From: Candidatus Hydrogenedentota bacterium
GTDB taxonomy: Bacteria > UBA8481 > J006
Assembly: GCA_003697085.1 (NCBI GenBank)
Contig: RFFU01000040.1
Span: forward strand, 3,133-67,132
Direction: 5' to 3'
Length of the DNA stretch: 64,000 nt
Shown piece after piece: positions 27,578 through 37,276 of the stretch. Position 1 is the stretch's first letter, and each line of letters opens with the position of its first letter. The notes under the pieces were generated by a model. The model ran no database searches, had not been told where the DNA came from, and saw only the letters and a program-made list of their open reading frames with translations. The position numbers and the translations under genes are program-made.

Positions 27578-28969
27578 ATGCAGTATCGTATTGAGACAGA
27601 CAGTCTGGGAGAGGTGAAGGTGCCGGCGGACCGGTATTGGGGGGCGCAGACGGAACGTTCGCGAAAAAACTTTCCGATCGGGGGCGAAAAGATGCCGGCG
27701 GAATTGATCCGTGCCTTTGGAATATTGAAAAAAGCAGCCGCCTTGGTGAATGCGGAACTGGGAACACTCCCTCGCGAAAAGGCGGATCTGATTACTCGGG
27801 CGGCCGACGAGGTTATAGATGGAAAACTTCTTGATCATTTTCCTCTCGTCGTCTGGCAGACGGGAAGCGGAACGCAGACAAATATGAACGCGAACGAGGT
27901 GATCGCCAATCGAGCGATTGAAATGGCCGGGGGAACGCTCGGATCGAAAAATCCCATTCATCCGAACGACGATGTCAACAAGGCGCAGTCCTCGAACGAT
28001 ACCTTTCCCACCGCCATGCACATCGCCGTCGTGGAACGGATCCACCATCATCTTCTTCCTTCGCTCGAGAAGATTCGAGATGCACTGAGAGAGAAAGCCG
28101 ACGCGTTTCGCGGCATCATCAAGATCGGTCGAACCCACCTTATGGACGCGACACCGTTGACGTTGGGGCAGGAATTTTCCGGATATGTTCAACAAATGGA
28201 AAACGGGATCGAACGGGTTCACGGCGCCTTGCCGCGCCTTTACGAACTGGCTTTGGGGGGGACGGCCGTGGGAACCGGGCTGAACACGCATCCGGAATTC
28301 GCGGAACGTTCCGCCGCGAAGATCGCGGAATTGACCGGTCTTCCTTTTGTAACGGCGCGGAACAAGTTCGAAGCCTTGGCCGCCCACGATGCGCTCGTTG
28401 AATTCAGCGGCGTACTCAAGACGATCGCTTGTTCGCTGATGAAAATCGCCAACGATATTCGTTGGCTCGGCTCGGGGCCCCGCTGTGGGCTCGCGGAGCT
28501 CGTTCTTCCAGCAAACGAACCGGGAAGTTCGATCATGCCGGGCAAGGTCAACCCGACGCAGTGCGAGGCGATGACGATGGTTTGTGTGCAGGTTCTCGGG
28601 AACGATGCGGCGGTGGGCGTCGCCGGCGCCTCCGGCAATTTCGAACTCAATGTCTTCAAGCCCGTCATCGCGCATAACGTTCTTCGGTCCCTGACTCTGA
28701 TCGCCGATGCCTGTTCGAGTTTCACGGACCGGTGTCTCAGAGGGATTGTTCCGAACGAAAGGAAGATCGCCGAACACCTATCCAATTCCCTGATGCTTGT
28801 AACGGCACTCAACCCCCACATCGGCTACGATAATGCGGCGAAGGTGGCGAAGAAGGCTCACGCGGAAGGGCTGACGTTGAAGCAGGCGGCGAAGGAACTG
28901 GGATTGCTTTCGGAAGAAGAGTTCTCGGAACTCGTGCGGCCCGAAAAGATGATCGGGCCTTCTTGCTGA
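27578..28969 (+). CDS. fumC: class II fumarate hydratase
   Basis: [28 protein letters not shown]... and the fumarase/aspartase signature [18 protein letters not shown]. Full 463 aa. RBS aggaggacggaatATG. Confidence 0.95.
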   Translation: MQYRIETDSLGEVKVPADRYWGAQTERSRKNFPIGGEKMPAELIRAFGILKKAAALVNAELGTLPREKADLITRAADEVIDGKLLDHFPLVVWQTGSGTQTNMNANEVIANRAIEMAGGTLGSKNPIHPNDDVNKAQSSNDTFPTAMHIAVVERIHHHLLPSLEKIRDALREKADAFRGIIKIGRTHLMDATPLTLGQEFSGYVQQMENGIERVHGALPRLYELALGGTAVGTGLNTHPEFAERSAAKIAELTGLPFVTARNKFEALAAHDALVEFSGVLKTIACSLMKIANDIRWLGSGPRCGLAELVLPANEPGSSIMPGKVNPTQCEAMTMVCVQVLGNDAAVGVAGASGNFELNVFKPVIAHNVLRSLTLIADACSSFTDRCLRGIVPNERKIAEHLSNSLMLVTALNPHIGYDNAAKVAKKAHAEGLTLKQAAKELGLLSEEEFSELVRPEKMIGPSC

Positions 28970-28974
28970 CGGTT

Positions 28975-29300
28975 TCAACCACGGACCGCGAAGAGGGAAG
29001 ATGCATCTGAGGGGACCACGGAAGACACGGAAGACGCGGAAAAAGGGTTTGCCACAGAGACACGGAGACACAGAGAATTGGGGGAGGGAACGAAGGAAAA
29101 GAGAAAATCGACGAAAAGGACGCCCCACTTTCCCGTCAATCGGCAAAGAAACGAAAAACGGTGGACGAAAACGGTGAACGAAAGGACCACGGAACACACG
29201 GAATGACACGGAAGGGGAGGGGACCATGGAACACACGGAAAAAAGAGAAAGGCAAAAGTCAAAAGTCAAAAATCAGAAGGCAAAGGGAAAAAGGCGAGGG
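28975..29300 (+). repeat. Second locus of the purine-rich CACGGAAG / GGCAAAAGG repeat family, in the fumC downstream spacer
   Basis: ggaccacggaagacacggaagacgcggaaaaaggg...ggaccacggaacacacggaatgacacggaagggg...ggcaaaagtcaaaagtcaaaaatcagaaggcaaaggg. It shares the gaccacggaagacacgga unit with 13776-14040. Confidence 0.65.
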
Positions 29301-29613
29301 TAGGGTTGAGGGCTAGGACAAGGACAAGAAAGAGGAGGATCGAAGCGGGGTGAAAGAGGGGCGCACCGGGACGCCCGTCACTTCATCGTTTCCGTTTACC
29401 TACGCGGCGAAACATACTTTGACGTCCTCGCCCCTTCCCGCGGTTCCGGCATCGCGCTCTTGACGTTCGGATTGGTTACGGCGTACCATCTCTCGTAACG
29501 CGTTTGTAACCCAGGGTAATCTCCCGCGTCGGAACTCTTGGAGAGGGGCGGGTGGAGCGTTCGGCGGAAGAGGTCAATGAGATCGAGAAGGACGGAAGAG
29601 GAGGCGGCGAAAA

Positions 29614-31542
29614 ATGAAACGATCAATGAGGCGCATTATCTTTGCGTTAGTGGTGTTGGGAGGGGGGATATTCGGTTCGGTCCTTTCGACGAAAGCGGTG
29701 GTCCTGTCGAACAACGATCTGGCGGGGAACTGGAATCTGGCGGCCGGATACGCAACCGGCGTCGCATCGGGAACAATCACATTCCAGAACGGCGCGCCGT
29801 TCGGGCGCCGGAGCGCCGGGGTGGACACGGTTGTTTTCGACGACGGGCAGACGGATGTCAGCGGAGCGGGAGCATTGATCAGCCTGAACGAGGTGGCGGA
29901 ATCCTACGTCGTCTTTTCCGATGGAACCTTCATGGCGGATACGACGGAAGCGGGTCTGGCGGGTAAATTGGTGGACACCTCGCCGCAGGACCGCGTGGTC
30001 GGAGCGATAGCGGACACGGGAGCGAACGGTATCTTTTTCGCCTTGCGTCTCTTGGCGAACGGAACCGACGATCTCTACGTCGGTATCGCTCGGAATTCTC
30101 TCGATTCGAGCCAAATTGCGAAGAAGGGGGATACCTTCATCGGGGCGGCCTTGTTCAACGCGCCCGGGTACCCCGGCGGTCCCGACGTGGCCGTCTTCGC
30201 CCTGGGGCGAAACGACACCTTCTTCACCGTTTCGACGATGAACCTCGGGGCGACGACTCCGGACAGCAAGATCGGGGGGACGGCGGACACCAGCGGCATC
30301 GGAGGGATGTTTGTATTCCGTCCGGATTCGGCGTTGACGGAGTGGGCCGCGGGAGACCTCTCGAATTTTGACGACACGTCCGCGGAGTATCGCGTCATCG
30401 TTTCGGCGGATACGAGTCTCGGGGTGATCGTGAGGGATACGACGCCGTTGGCTCAGCGGGAGCAATTGATCGCCTTCATGGTGGACCCGGAGCCGGCGTT
30501 GGATACGGCGCTTCTTTTCGGTCCGTGGCAGGCGGGGGCGGCGATCGCTGAGACGGGAGCGCTTAACGCGACGATGGGATTTTTCGAGTTTCGAGGTGAC
30601 GGCACGGGCAGTTTCAACAACGGCGAACCGCCTCCGGGAATGTTCATCGACACCGACGTACGTTATCTCGTCAAGGAAGACGATCTCGGAGGTATTCTTT
30701 CGGCTCCGCAAAAGTATTACGAGGTTACCTTTCGTCCAGGACCGGAGCCGCCCGTAACCGCGCGTTTTTATCTTGCACGCGGGGCCCGGTTCGCCATTGC
30801 GTTCGGTGATACGAATGCGGACGAGTTCATCGCGGTCGCGGCCCGCCGTCTCAATGCGGTGAACAATCATTTCTCCTTCGGCGCGCCCGATACACCGATT
30901 CAAGAACAGGGGTTGGCGGTCGGAATGGTCGTGGAAACGGGTGCAACCGAGGCTCCGCCAACCTTCTCGATGTCCCAACTCGATTCGAGCAACGTCTTGA
31001 TACAGAATTTCGAGGCGTTACGGGACACGGATGTCAGGAATGCGGGAGTCGAAACGATCGCCGTGGCCGTCTCGATAGTTCCGGACACCACGATTCTCGA
31101 TCCGGATTCCGTCATCATAACGCTGGATCTACGGGGGTCCTCGGCCGACACAGGCAACGGAACCTTTCTTGTTCCTCTCGTCTTCAACGACTCGACGGGA
31201 CTTTGGGAGCGGGTTCCGGAATCGTTGATCGTGAGTCGGGAGAACGGAATCGTCACCTATCACGCCCCTCACTTCTCCGTGCAAGGAGGAGGAAACGGTT
31301 CTTCCTCTTCCTCGACCACCGTGGCGAAGAGTGACAATGTCTGTTTGATCGCGGCGTCCCCCGTTCTGACAAGGGTTCTTCCTGTGATGCTTCTGCGTTT
31401 CGCAAGAGACGGTGTTCTCGATTCGATGGCCGGTCGGAGTTTGGTGACGTTCTACTACGGTAAGTTCGTCGCGGGAGGCCTGTTTCTGTTCTTTGGAGTC
31501 TTCCTGGCGATGGCGGCTCGCCGGAGGCGCAAGGAGGGATAG
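29614..31542 (+). CDS. hypothetical secreted protein with C-terminal hydrophobic anchor and basic tail
   Basis: Signal peptide (MKRSMRRIIFALVVLGGGIFGSVLSTKA). About 600 aa, G/T/D-rich. It ends ...YYGKFVAGGLFLFFGVFLAMAARRRRKEG (TM + RRRRK), like exosortase/sortase-type C-terminal sorting signals but without PEP or LPXTG. Confidence 0.55.
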   Translation: MKRSMRRIIFALVVLGGGIFGSVLSTKAVVLSNNDLAGNWNLAAGYATGVASGTITFQNGAPFGRRSAGVDTVVFDDGQTDVSGAGALISLNEVAESYVVFSDGTFMADTTEAGLAGKLVDTSPQDRVVGAIADTGANGIFFALRLLANGTDDLYVGIARNSLDSSQIAKKGDTFIGAALFNAPGYPGGPDVAVFALGRNDTFFTVSTMNLGATTPDSKIGGTADTSGIGGMFVFRPDSALTEWAAGDLSNFDDTSAEYRVIVSADTSLGVIVRDTTPLAQREQLIAFMVDPEPALDTALLFGPWQAGAAIAETGALNATMGFFEFRGDGTGSFNNGEPPPGMFIDTDVRYLVKEDDLGGILSAPQKYYEVTFRPGPEPPVTARFYLARGARFAIAFGDTNADEFIAVAARRLNAVNNHFSFGAPDTPIQEQGLAVGMVVETGATEAPPTFSMSQLDSSNVLIQNFEALRDTDVRNAGVETIAVAVSIVPDTTILDPDSVIITLDLRGSSADTGNGTFLVPLVFNDSTGLWERVPESLIVSRENGIVTYHAPHFSVQGGGNGSSSSSTTVAKSDNVCLIAASPVLTRVLPVMLLRFARDGVLDSMAGRSLVTFYYGKFVAGGLFLFFGVFLAMAARRRRKEG

Positions 31543-31561
31543 AAACCATCAGAAACGAGAG

Positions 31562-31604
31562 CGGCGGAACACATCGAGAGTGTTCCGCCACTTTTCTTTT
31601 TCCT
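31562..31604 (+). terminator. Rho-independent terminator after the 29614..31542 gene
   Basis: gcggcggaacac-atcgaga-gtgttccgcc stem-loop followed by acttttctttttcc. Confidence 0.6.
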
Positions 31605-31894
31605 CCTCTTCCTTCTCACCCCCGTGGTTCAACCTGTTCGTCTGGCAGGCGTGCATGAGATATCGTTAGCCTTCCGCAGGACCTTTAGGGCCTGCGTTAT
31701 CGGAATCGGCATTCCTGAAATTCGATTGAACCGGTTTAGATTCTCGAAATCCGCGAAATGGTGTTGACACGGCCTCCTCTTCGGGGAATGATTCCTCGGT
31801 CTCCAGTAACGAGGTACTTGCCTTCGGCGGCGAAGAGAGAGAAGATCGAGGGCGTGCCGAGGACGAAACCAAGCGGAGAGGGCCTTTAAGAGTT

Positions 31895-32953
31895 ATGTCG
31901 ACGCGTCAAACCCACAGGGAAGTCGTGCCGTTCCTGCTTCCCTTCACCGTGATCTTTGTCATTTTCCTCTTCTTTCCCGCCCTCTACTCCATCTACCTCT
32001 CTTTCCGAAAGGCGTCGCTCTATTCGGACCTGACGAACATCTTCACAACGATGAAATATGTGGGGTTTCAGAACTACATCGATCTCCTTCACGACCGCGA
32101 TTTCCTCTGGTCGCTCGTAATGACCACGTATTACGGAATTCTGGTTGTTCCGCCGGGCATCTTCGTCTCATTGGTTCTGGCGGCGTTGCTTTCGAATCGA
32201 CTTCCGGGGCACAAGATCTTCCGGAGCGCCTTTTTTCTCCCAAACGTTCTCGACCTTTTCGTGGTTTCCATCGTCTGGACGGCGATCTACGCCCCGAAGT
32301 TAGGGGTTCTTGACCAACTCTTTCACGCCTTGAAACTTCCCGTACTTTTCAAACACGGGATTCTCGCCGATCCCGTCTGGGCTTTGCCGGGGATTGCTCT
32401 GATGGTGATCCTGAAAGATTCCGGTTTCGGCATGATCCTTTATCTTGCGGCGATCCAGAATATTCCGCGGGACGTTTACGAAGCCGCGGACATCGACGGA
32501 GCGACGGCGTGGCAGAAGTTCACGAAGATCACCTTTCCGCTTGTCAAGCCCGTCACGCTTCTGCTCATCGTCACAGGAATTCTGCGAAGTCTGATGGCGT
32601 TTCCCGAGATCTACGCGCTGACGCAAGGCAGGCCCTTTCAGGAGATACCGAACTGGGTGCCGTATTTCGCCGGGGCGACGTTGGGAATGACGAAGATCGC
32701 GGGGTACTATCTCTTTGAAAAGTTTTATCTTTCTTATCAATACGGCTACGCGGCGGCGATGTCGGTCATTCTCCTCTTCATCTCCTTGCCGCTCTCCTTC
32801 CTTTCCTTCTTTGCCTTGCGGACGGAGGGGCCGTCGGTGGGAGAGATGTGGAGGAAGTGGCGGCGGAGCCGACGCGGAATCTCGATGGGAAATGCCGAGG
32901 GGGAAAGTACATCTCCTTTTGGGGAAGGCCTGAAACCGGGAGAGGTCGGATGA
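31895..32953 (+). CDS. ABC sugar transporter permease (MalF/UgpA-like)
   Basis: Six TMs and the EAA loop AADIDGATAWQKFTKITFPLVKPV. Start ATG 31895. Confidence 0.85.
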   Translation: MSTRQTHREVVPFLLPFTVIFVIFLFFPALYSIYLSFRKASLYSDLTNIFTTMKYVGFQNYIDLLHDRDFLWSLVMTTYYGILVVPPGIFVSLVLAALLSNRLPGHKIFRSAFFLPNVLDLFVVSIVWTAIYAPKLGVLDQLFHALKLPVLFKHGILADPVWALPGIALMVILKDSGFGMILYLAAIQNIPRDVYEAADIDGATAWQKFTKITFPLVKPVTLLLIVTGILRSLMAFPEIYALTQGRPFQEIPNWVPYFAGATLGMTKIAGYYLFEKFYLSYQYGYAAAMSVILLFISLPLSFLSFFALRTEGPSVGEMWRKWRRSRRGISMGNAEGESTSPFGEGLKPGEVG

Positions 32954-34077
32954 TGTCGGGCTATCGATTTCTTCGTATGATCCGCGGGTCGCTATTGGCG
33001 GCGATACTTCTCGTGGCAGCCGTCTTCGTCCTCTTTCCCTTTTTCTGGATGCTTTCGACGTCGCTGAAGACCGAAGGAAGGGGAATGAAATTCGAGTTTC
33101 TTCCACGGCGTGTCGCGGAGGTCGGCCCGGTTGAAATTGATACGGCGGGGGTTCGTGTCGGAGAGATTCAGTTCGATCGAACGACGGTGGATGAAACCGG
33201 GGTTCATCCGGCACTGAGGAGCGCGGGGGCGGACGAAGTAATATTCGTCGCCGAGGAAGCGAAGGGGAAGCGGGTATCAGGAAGATTGTTTCCAAAAGAC
33301 ACGGAAGTCTGGGCGGCGAGGGAGGCGCTGCCAGCGGGGAATTGGAAGATCACATATACGGTGAAGCGCGGATGGAAGGCCGCCTTTTTCAATCTCTACA
33401 CCTTCAACAATTACAGGCGCCTTATCAGAAATAAATCTTTTCCTTTCAAGACGTATCTTTTCAACTCCTTTCTCGTTTCCGTTTCCGCCGCGATCCTAAC
33501 TGTCATCCTCTGCGCGTTGGCCGCTTACGTTTTCGCGAAGAAGGAGTTTCCGGGGAAGACGGTTCTCTTCTGGTCTTTCATGGCGGCGATGATGATTCCG
33601 GGAATGATGTATATGGTACCGCAATTCGCCATTGTAACTCAGTTCGGATGGATCAACACGCTGCAAGGCCTGGTTGTTCCGCACCTGGCCAATGTCTTCG
33701 GGCTCTTTCTTCTGAAGCAATTCATGGAGGCGATCCCCGACTCGCTGCTCGAGGCGGCTGAGATGGACGGTGCGACGGAGACGACGAAATTTCTCAAGAT
33801 CATCACGCCGCTTTCGATGCCTTCTCTGGCGATCCTTTTTCTTCTGACCTTCATCACGCAGTGGAACAATTTCTTTTGGCAGCTGATCGTGAACACTCCT
33901 GATTCGCCTTATATCACGCTTCCTTACGGAATCGCCCTCTTCAGGGGCCAGTACGAGACGAAGTACGAACTGATGATGGCGGCTTCTTCCTTCTCGATCG
34001 TTCCGATCGTGATCCTGTTTCTCTTCACACAGCGGTATCTGATCGAGGGGCTGACCGCGGGAGGTGTTAAGGAATGA
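32950..34077 (+). CDS. ABC sugar transporter permease (MalG/UgpE-like) with a large periplasmic loop after TM1
   Basis: EAA loop EAAEMDGATETTKFLKIITPLSMP. ATGATG overlaps the upstream TGA. A roughly 140-aa hydrophilic insert follows TM1. ORF track 32848.. is an upstream extension. Confidence 0.85.
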   Translation: MMSGYRFLRMIRGSLLAAILLVAAVFVLFPFFWMLSTSLKTEGRGMKFEFLPRRVAEVGPVEIDTAGVRVGEIQFDRTTVDETGVHPALRSAGADEVIFVAEEAKGKRVSGRLFPKDTEVWAAREALPAGNWKITYTVKRGWKAAFFNLYTFNNYRRLIRNKSFPFKTYLFNSFLVSVSAAILTVILCALAAYVFAKKEFPGKTVLFWSFMAAMMIPGMMYMVPQFAIVTQFGWINTLQGLVVPHLANVFGLFLLKQFMEAIPDSLLEAAEMDGATETTKFLKIITPLSMPSLAILFLLTFITQWNNFFWQLIVNTPDSPYITLPYGIALFRGQYETKYELMMAASSFSIVPIVILFLFTQRYLIEGLTAGGVKE

Positions 34078-35489
34078 TTAGAGGAACGAATAGAACTCCG
34101 GGGATCGCACGGAAGGGAGGAGCCTGTCTGCTTGGGATTCTTTTCCTTTTCTCGGTTGGTTGCGGCGGCGGCCGGATCGCTCAAGAGAAAGGAACGATCA
34201 CACTCTGGGAGACCTACAACAACGAGGAACACGATGTTTTTATGGAGATCGTGAAGTCATTCGAGGAATGGTACGCGAAGGAGCGCGGAGAAGAGGTTCA
34301 TGTGCGCGTCAAACGGATCCCCTTTGACCAGCACATTCAAAAGATCAAATTCTCCGCCATTACGCGAACGGCTCCGGACATCGTGCGTGTCGATGCGGGA
34401 GAACTGATCGATCTCGTTTACGGCCAGATCGTTTATGACTTGAAGGAGATCGATCCGAAGATCGAGGAATATCTTTCGACGTTTATGCCGGTGGCGCGGG
34501 AATCGGTTCGGATTCCCTTACGCCATCCGGACGGAAAGGTTCGAACGGGCGTCTATGGGATCCCGGATCAATTGACCGGGGTTGCGATTTACTACAATCG
34601 AACGATGTTCAAGGAAGCGGGGATTCCGTTTCCGCCGCGGACCTTACGGGAGTTGCGGGACGCGGATCCGCCATGGGATTTCAAGCGGTTCCGGGAGGTC
34701 GCGAAGGCCCTGACGAAGCCCGAGCGGAACCAGTACGGCGTGGCGCTCAATTCCTCGCTGTGGTTCAGTCTGCCCTTTTTCAACGCCTTCGGAGCGGATT
34801 TCATCAAGATCGATCCGGACGGCAAGTTCCGCTGCGTTCTCGATTCGGACTCGGGAATAAATGCTCTCACGGCGCTCGCTTCGCTCTACTGGGATGGTTC
34901 CGAGCCGGGGGCGTGGTTGGCCGGGGCCATCAACCCCGATCGCGGTTTCATCAACAACAAGTACGCGATGATCGTTTCCGGTCCGTGGAACCTCAAGACC
35001 TTTCGCAAATCGGGAGTCGATTTCGGCGTGACGTTCATTCCGGAGGGGCCGAATCGTCGGGAGATTCCCGTGCCCGGAGGGGGAACGATCCGCGTGGGAA
35101 CCTCGACCAATGTCGGCGGCACGGACATGGCGATTCTGAAGACGACGCGCCAGCCCCGATTGTGTTATGAATTCCTGAAGTACCTCACGAGGCCGGAAGT
35201 GCACGCAAAGTGGTGCAATGCCCTAGGGCAGATTCCCGTCCAGACCTTGGCTGAACCGTTGGTGGATTTTTCCGGGAACCCGGACCTGAAGGTTTTCGTG
35301 GAGCAGATGCGGACGGCGGTCCCGCGCCCGAAGATACCGCGGTACGGGGTATTGGAGGTTTCGATCATGGTGCCGCAGATCGAGCGGGCGTTCCGCGCGA
35401 GGAATCGCGCCGGTGTTCGTCTCGCTTTGGGGAAAGCGGTCGAGGAGATCGACCGGCGGATTCTCCGGGACGTTAATGTACCGCGATGA
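34074..35489 (+). CDS. ABC transporter extracellular solute-binding lipoprotein (sugar-binding family 1)
   Basis: Lipobox LFLFSVGCGG and an SBP_bac_1-like sequence of 471 aa. The ATG overlaps the permease TGA (ATGA). Confidence 0.8.
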   Translation: MIRGTNRTPGIARKGGACLLGILFLFSVGCGGGRIAQEKGTITLWETYNNEEHDVFMEIVKSFEEWYAKERGEEVHVRVKRIPFDQHIQKIKFSAITRTAPDIVRVDAGELIDLVYGQIVYDLKEIDPKIEEYLSTFMPVARESVRIPLRHPDGKVRTGVYGIPDQLTGVAIYYNRTMFKEAGIPFPPRTLRELRDADPPWDFKRFREVAKALTKPERNQYGVALNSSLWFSLPFFNAFGADFIKIDPDGKFRCVLDSDSGINALTALASLYWDGSEPGAWLAGAINPDRGFINNKYAMIVSGPWNLKTFRKSGVDFGVTFIPEGPNRREIPVPGGGTIRVGTSTNVGGTDMAILKTTRQPRLCYEFLKYLTRPEVHAKWCNALGQIPVQTLAEPLVDFSGNPDLKVFVEQMRTAVPRPKIPRYGVLEVSIMVPQIERAFRARNRAGVRLALGKAVEEIDRRILRDVNVPR

Positions 35490-37239
35490 GCGGTCGGCTG
35501 GGAAGGAAGACCGGCTTCCGTGCCGACGGCGGCGTGCCGGACTGGCTCCCGGGAGCGGGCGTCTCCCGCGAAATCTGATTCCGTTTCTTTTCGTGATGCT
35601 TTTCCTGTTGGAACCGTTCGCTTTTGCGGGAGCGGTTCGAGCCGGCTCGATTCGATTGGAAGGGAACGTGGACCTTTCAGCGGAGATACGGCGGGACGCC
35701 GACCGCGAGTTGGACGACCGCCAGATCGGATTCGAGCGGCCGTTTTACGACAACCGCAAACGCCCTGCGTACAATCTGGAGTTCTTCGATCCACGGGTCG
35801 AGATCCGCGCGTACGCGACGCCGGCGGCGCCGGTTGAGATCTTCGCGAAATTTTTCAATTCCAATGATCTTTTTCTCGGCGAGGCACACACGCGTCTGAG
35901 GTACACCAAAGGGCGCGACAAGAAGGAGCGGGGGATCGAGTCGTATTTTTTCTACCGGCAAGGGCGACTGAACCTGGGCGATCCCGTCGTGACGATTGCC
36001 TTCGACCAGTTCGGAAACGGTATTGCGACGGCGTGGTGGTTGGGGCAGGGGGATTTCGCTCCCAAGAAGGGGCGTTGGTCCGGCGAATTGAATCTCCAGA
36101 ACAACACGGGCGAATTGAATTCCTTCGGAGAGGACAACGAATTCATCACCGCGAAACTCCGGCATGACTACGAGGTGAACGAGGATTGGAATCTGGCCGG
36201 CGAACTGCTGTACGCCAGAAAGAACTTCACGGACAGGAATGTGGAGCGGCAGTTCAACGAGGTGTACGGTTCGGCCTTCACCGTTTCGTGGAAGAATACG
36301 AACCTGGCGCTTCAATACAATTTCTCGCAGGCGCAGGAGCTGGGATTTTCGGCTCCGGACAACGGTGTTTTCGGAATCGATCTCAGAAATCTGATCCTGC
36401 TGGATCGGAAGAAGACGGGCCGTTGGGGGCTGAACGCGACCTATGTCGATTTCGGCCGAAACTACCGGAACTTCATCGGACGAAACGCAAGCACCATCTC
36501 CTACGCGCATCGGATCGCCAACGGAGTGGAATCGACGGCGGGGGATGTCAATGATCACGAGTTCTTCGGGGAACTCTACTGGGACGTACCGAAATACGAT
36601 ATCAATCTGACTTTGAGGCAGACGGACCGATACGGAAGGGAGACGGGACGTCGGCTGGAGCGGCAGCAGGAAGTGGATTTGAATCTGAAACTGGTGAGAC
36701 ACTTTTCGCTTCGTTCGCTCTATGTAAGGAGACTCTTCGGGCTCGAGGAGATATTGGAGGATCTCGATGCGAACCGAATCATCCGAACGCGAAGTATGCG
36801 GAGTGACGATTATTATTTGGCTCTGACGATGGTTCGAAAATGGGGACAGGTGAAACTTGACTACCGTCGCGTGCGGCATCGCGCCCGCGTGCGAACCCAT
36901 TACGTCGGCGCCGAGGCCACCTACAAGGCGAACAAGAAGCTGACCTTTCTGGCCCGCGGCGCCATGGCCTTCGTGAGATTGCCGCAAACGACGTGGGCCA
37001 TCACCACCACCCCGTATGACTTCGGAACGCAGAGGCGGATTAGTTTCGTGGAGCCGTTTTCCCGTCGGAAGACGCTCTTCGCGCAGATCCAATACCGCCC
37101 AAACGACAATTCGCAGATCTTCCTCGAATACGGCAACGGTTTTCATCTCGACAACGACCTTTCGTTGGACGGGGATTTTCAGATTCCCGACCGGCATACG
37201 GATCATCGAATTTTTATGAAGGCGGAGATGTGGTTCTGA
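35476..37239 (+). CDS. putative outer-membrane beta-barrel protein (porin-like) co-transcribed with the sugar ABC transporter
   Basis: Signal-like RNLIPFLFVMLFLLEPFAFAGAVRA. Alternating amphipathic beta-strand pattern, aromatic girdle residues, and the C-terminal ...KAEMWF (terminal Phe typical of OMPs). Start uncertain among 35413, 35476 and 35596. Confidence 0.55.
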   Translation: MYRDERSAGKEDRLPCRRRRAGLAPGSGRLPRNLIPFLFVMLFLLEPFAFAGAVRAGSIRLEGNVDLSAEIRRDADRELDDRQIGFERPFYDNRKRPAYNLEFFDPRVEIRAYATPAAPVEIFAKFFNSNDLFLGEAHTRLRYTKGRDKKERGIESYFFYRQGRLNLGDPVVTIAFDQFGNGIATAWWLGQGDFAPKKGRWSGELNLQNNTGELNSFGEDNEFITAKLRHDYEVNEDWNLAGELLYARKNFTDRNVERQFNEVYGSAFTVSWKNTNLALQYNFSQAQELGFSAPDNGVFGIDLRNLILLDRKKTGRWGLNATYVDFGRNYRNFIGRNASTISYAHRIANGVESTAGDVNDHEFFGELYWDVPKYDINLTLRQTDRYGRETGRRLERQQEVDLNLKLVRHFSLRSLYVRRLFGLEEILEDLDANRIIRTRSMRSDDYYLALTMVRKWGQVKLDYRRVRHRARVRTHYVGAEATYKANKKLTFLARGAMAFVRLPQTTWAITTTPYDFGTQRRISFVEPFSRRKTLFAQIQYRPNDNSQIFLEYGNGFHLDNDLSLDGDFQIPDRHTDHRIFMKAEMWF

Positions 37240-37276
37240 TGGAAGAAAAGACGCGGGAAGGAAGAGGAAGAGGGTT

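Noticed and set aside
27488-28777. 429-aa minus-strand ORF
   Set aside because: It is antisense to fumC, whose identity is unambiguous from the [11 protein letters not shown] signature.
31543-31894. Possible riboswitch or leader upstream of the ABC transporter
   Set aside because: Only a standard terminator hairpin (31562-31604) and an A/G-rich spacer are present. I see no conserved riboswitch core.
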